Of a stretch of DNA of 64,000 bases, positions 63,505-64,000 are shown one piece after another. This DNA is from a virus. How positions within the stretch are numbered: position 1 is the first letter of the stretch; each line of letters starts with the position of its first letter. The translations under genes were made by a program, and so were the position numbers. The DNA is taken from positions 429 through 64,428 of IMG/VR virus record IMGVR_UViG_3300028138_000003, one strand, 5' to 3'. The notes below the pieces were generated by a model. That model had not been told where the DNA came from. It worked only from the letters and a program-made list of their open reading frames with translations, and searched no databases.

Positions 63505-64000
63505 CAGAACACCTTCAGCTCAGGGATTGCGGTTACGAACTGTCCGCCCCAGCCGCGGATGCAGTGGAGCTTGTCGACGATGTTGTCCTTCCAGTTCCAC
63601 GGCAGGATCACCACATATGCCGGCTGGCGCACGAGTAACTCCGCTTCCGAGATGATCGGAATGTTGCTGCCCGGGAGGAACTTGCCGATCTTGGCCGGCG
63701 TGCTATCGCCCACCGCGAGGATCTCCTCCGCGCTGACGTGCAGCCAGTTGAGGAACGTGTTGCCCTTGGCGGCGGCGCCGTAGGCGTACACGGGCGCGTG
63801 CTGCGAGAGGAACGCTTCGAAGTCCCCGCGGATGCTCCATGCGCGCTCGCGGAACTTCCAGTATGTCTCAAGCTTGTCGAGCCCGGCTTCGCGCTCGCGC
63901 GCGAGGAAGTCCGCGATGCGAATGCTCGGGATCATCGCCCCGGTGTGGGCCACCATGATCTGCAGCGAGCCGCCATGGATCGGCAGCTCCTCCACGCCGT
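63504..64000 (-). CDS. NDP-hexose C-methyltransferase, C-terminal portion (partial; its 5' part lies off the window end)
   Basis: HGGSLQI follows the end of the methyltransferase domain. The Methyltransf_14-type C-terminal domain is present (YAYGAAAKGNTFLNW...IPIISEAELLVRQPAYVVILPWNWKDNI). The frame is open to the window edge. Confidence 0.65.
   Translation of the reverse strand, partial: GVEELPIHGGSLQIMVAHTGAMIPSIRIADFLAREREAGLDKLETYWKFRERAWSIRGDFEAFLSQHAPVYAYGAAAKGNTFLNWLHVSAEEILAVGDSTPAKIGKFLPGSNIPIISEAELLVRQPAYVVILPWNWKDNIVDKLHCIRGWGGQFVTAIPELKVF

Noticed and set aside
1-64000. Searched for integrase/recombinase, phage RNA polymerase, CRISPR arrays, restriction endonucleases and defence systems
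   Set aside because: None was recognisable by motif. No tyrosine or serine recombinase signatures were found. No large single-subunit RNA polymerase ORF is present. No direct-repeat arrays with spacers are present.

Overview
This 64 kb window (~65% GC) reads as an almost complete, circularly permuted dsDNA phage genome. It is podovirus-like (T7-order structural module) but has no RNA polymerase or integrase in the window. No BLAST or HMM search was run; every call below is from reading the sequence.

Organisation:
- Two divergent transcription arms start from a repeat-rich non-coding region (13968-15035) that also carries two tRNA genes.
- Plus arm (15036-47701), late genes: tail-fibre set 1, candidate TerS, a secreted HSHP-motif protein, TerL, portal, scaffold, major capsid, a terminator, tail tubular A and B, tail-fibre set 2, internal virion proteins, a 2405-aa polyvalent ejection protein carrying an ADP-ribosyltransferase-like segment and a HExxH Zn-peptidase, a histidine-phosphatase-family protein, an SLT lysozyme, a holin-like protein and an SPFH/HflK-like protein.
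- Minus arm (13967 down to 1, logically continuing from 64000 down to 47780): early ORFans, an RHH regulator with inverted-repeat operators, a long chain of ATGA-coupled small genes with an orphan C5 DNA methyltransferase, holin-like peptides, an exported beta-helix lipoprotein and the Rz/Rz1 spanins. It continues into a GT2 glycosyltransferase, a Gly/Thr-rich fibre-like protein with its own terminator, two SAM methyltransferases and a split NDP-hexose C-methyltransferase at the window ends. Beyond that lie a GT9 glycosyltransferase, an FdtA-like cupin, a RmlB-like dehydratase and the replication module (primase-helicase, metallophosphoesterase, DUF2800 nuclease, DUF2815 SSB, family A DNA polymerase, VRR-NUC, SNF2 helicase).

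Most notable:
- a phage-encoded C-methylated deoxysugar and glycosyltransferase module, interleaved with replication genes and wrapped around the permutation point;
- the ADP-ribosyltransferase-like/Zn-peptidase giant protein with an adjacent atypical histidine phosphatase;
- a phage HflK-like SPFH protein beside the lysis genes;
- lysis functions split between the two arms.
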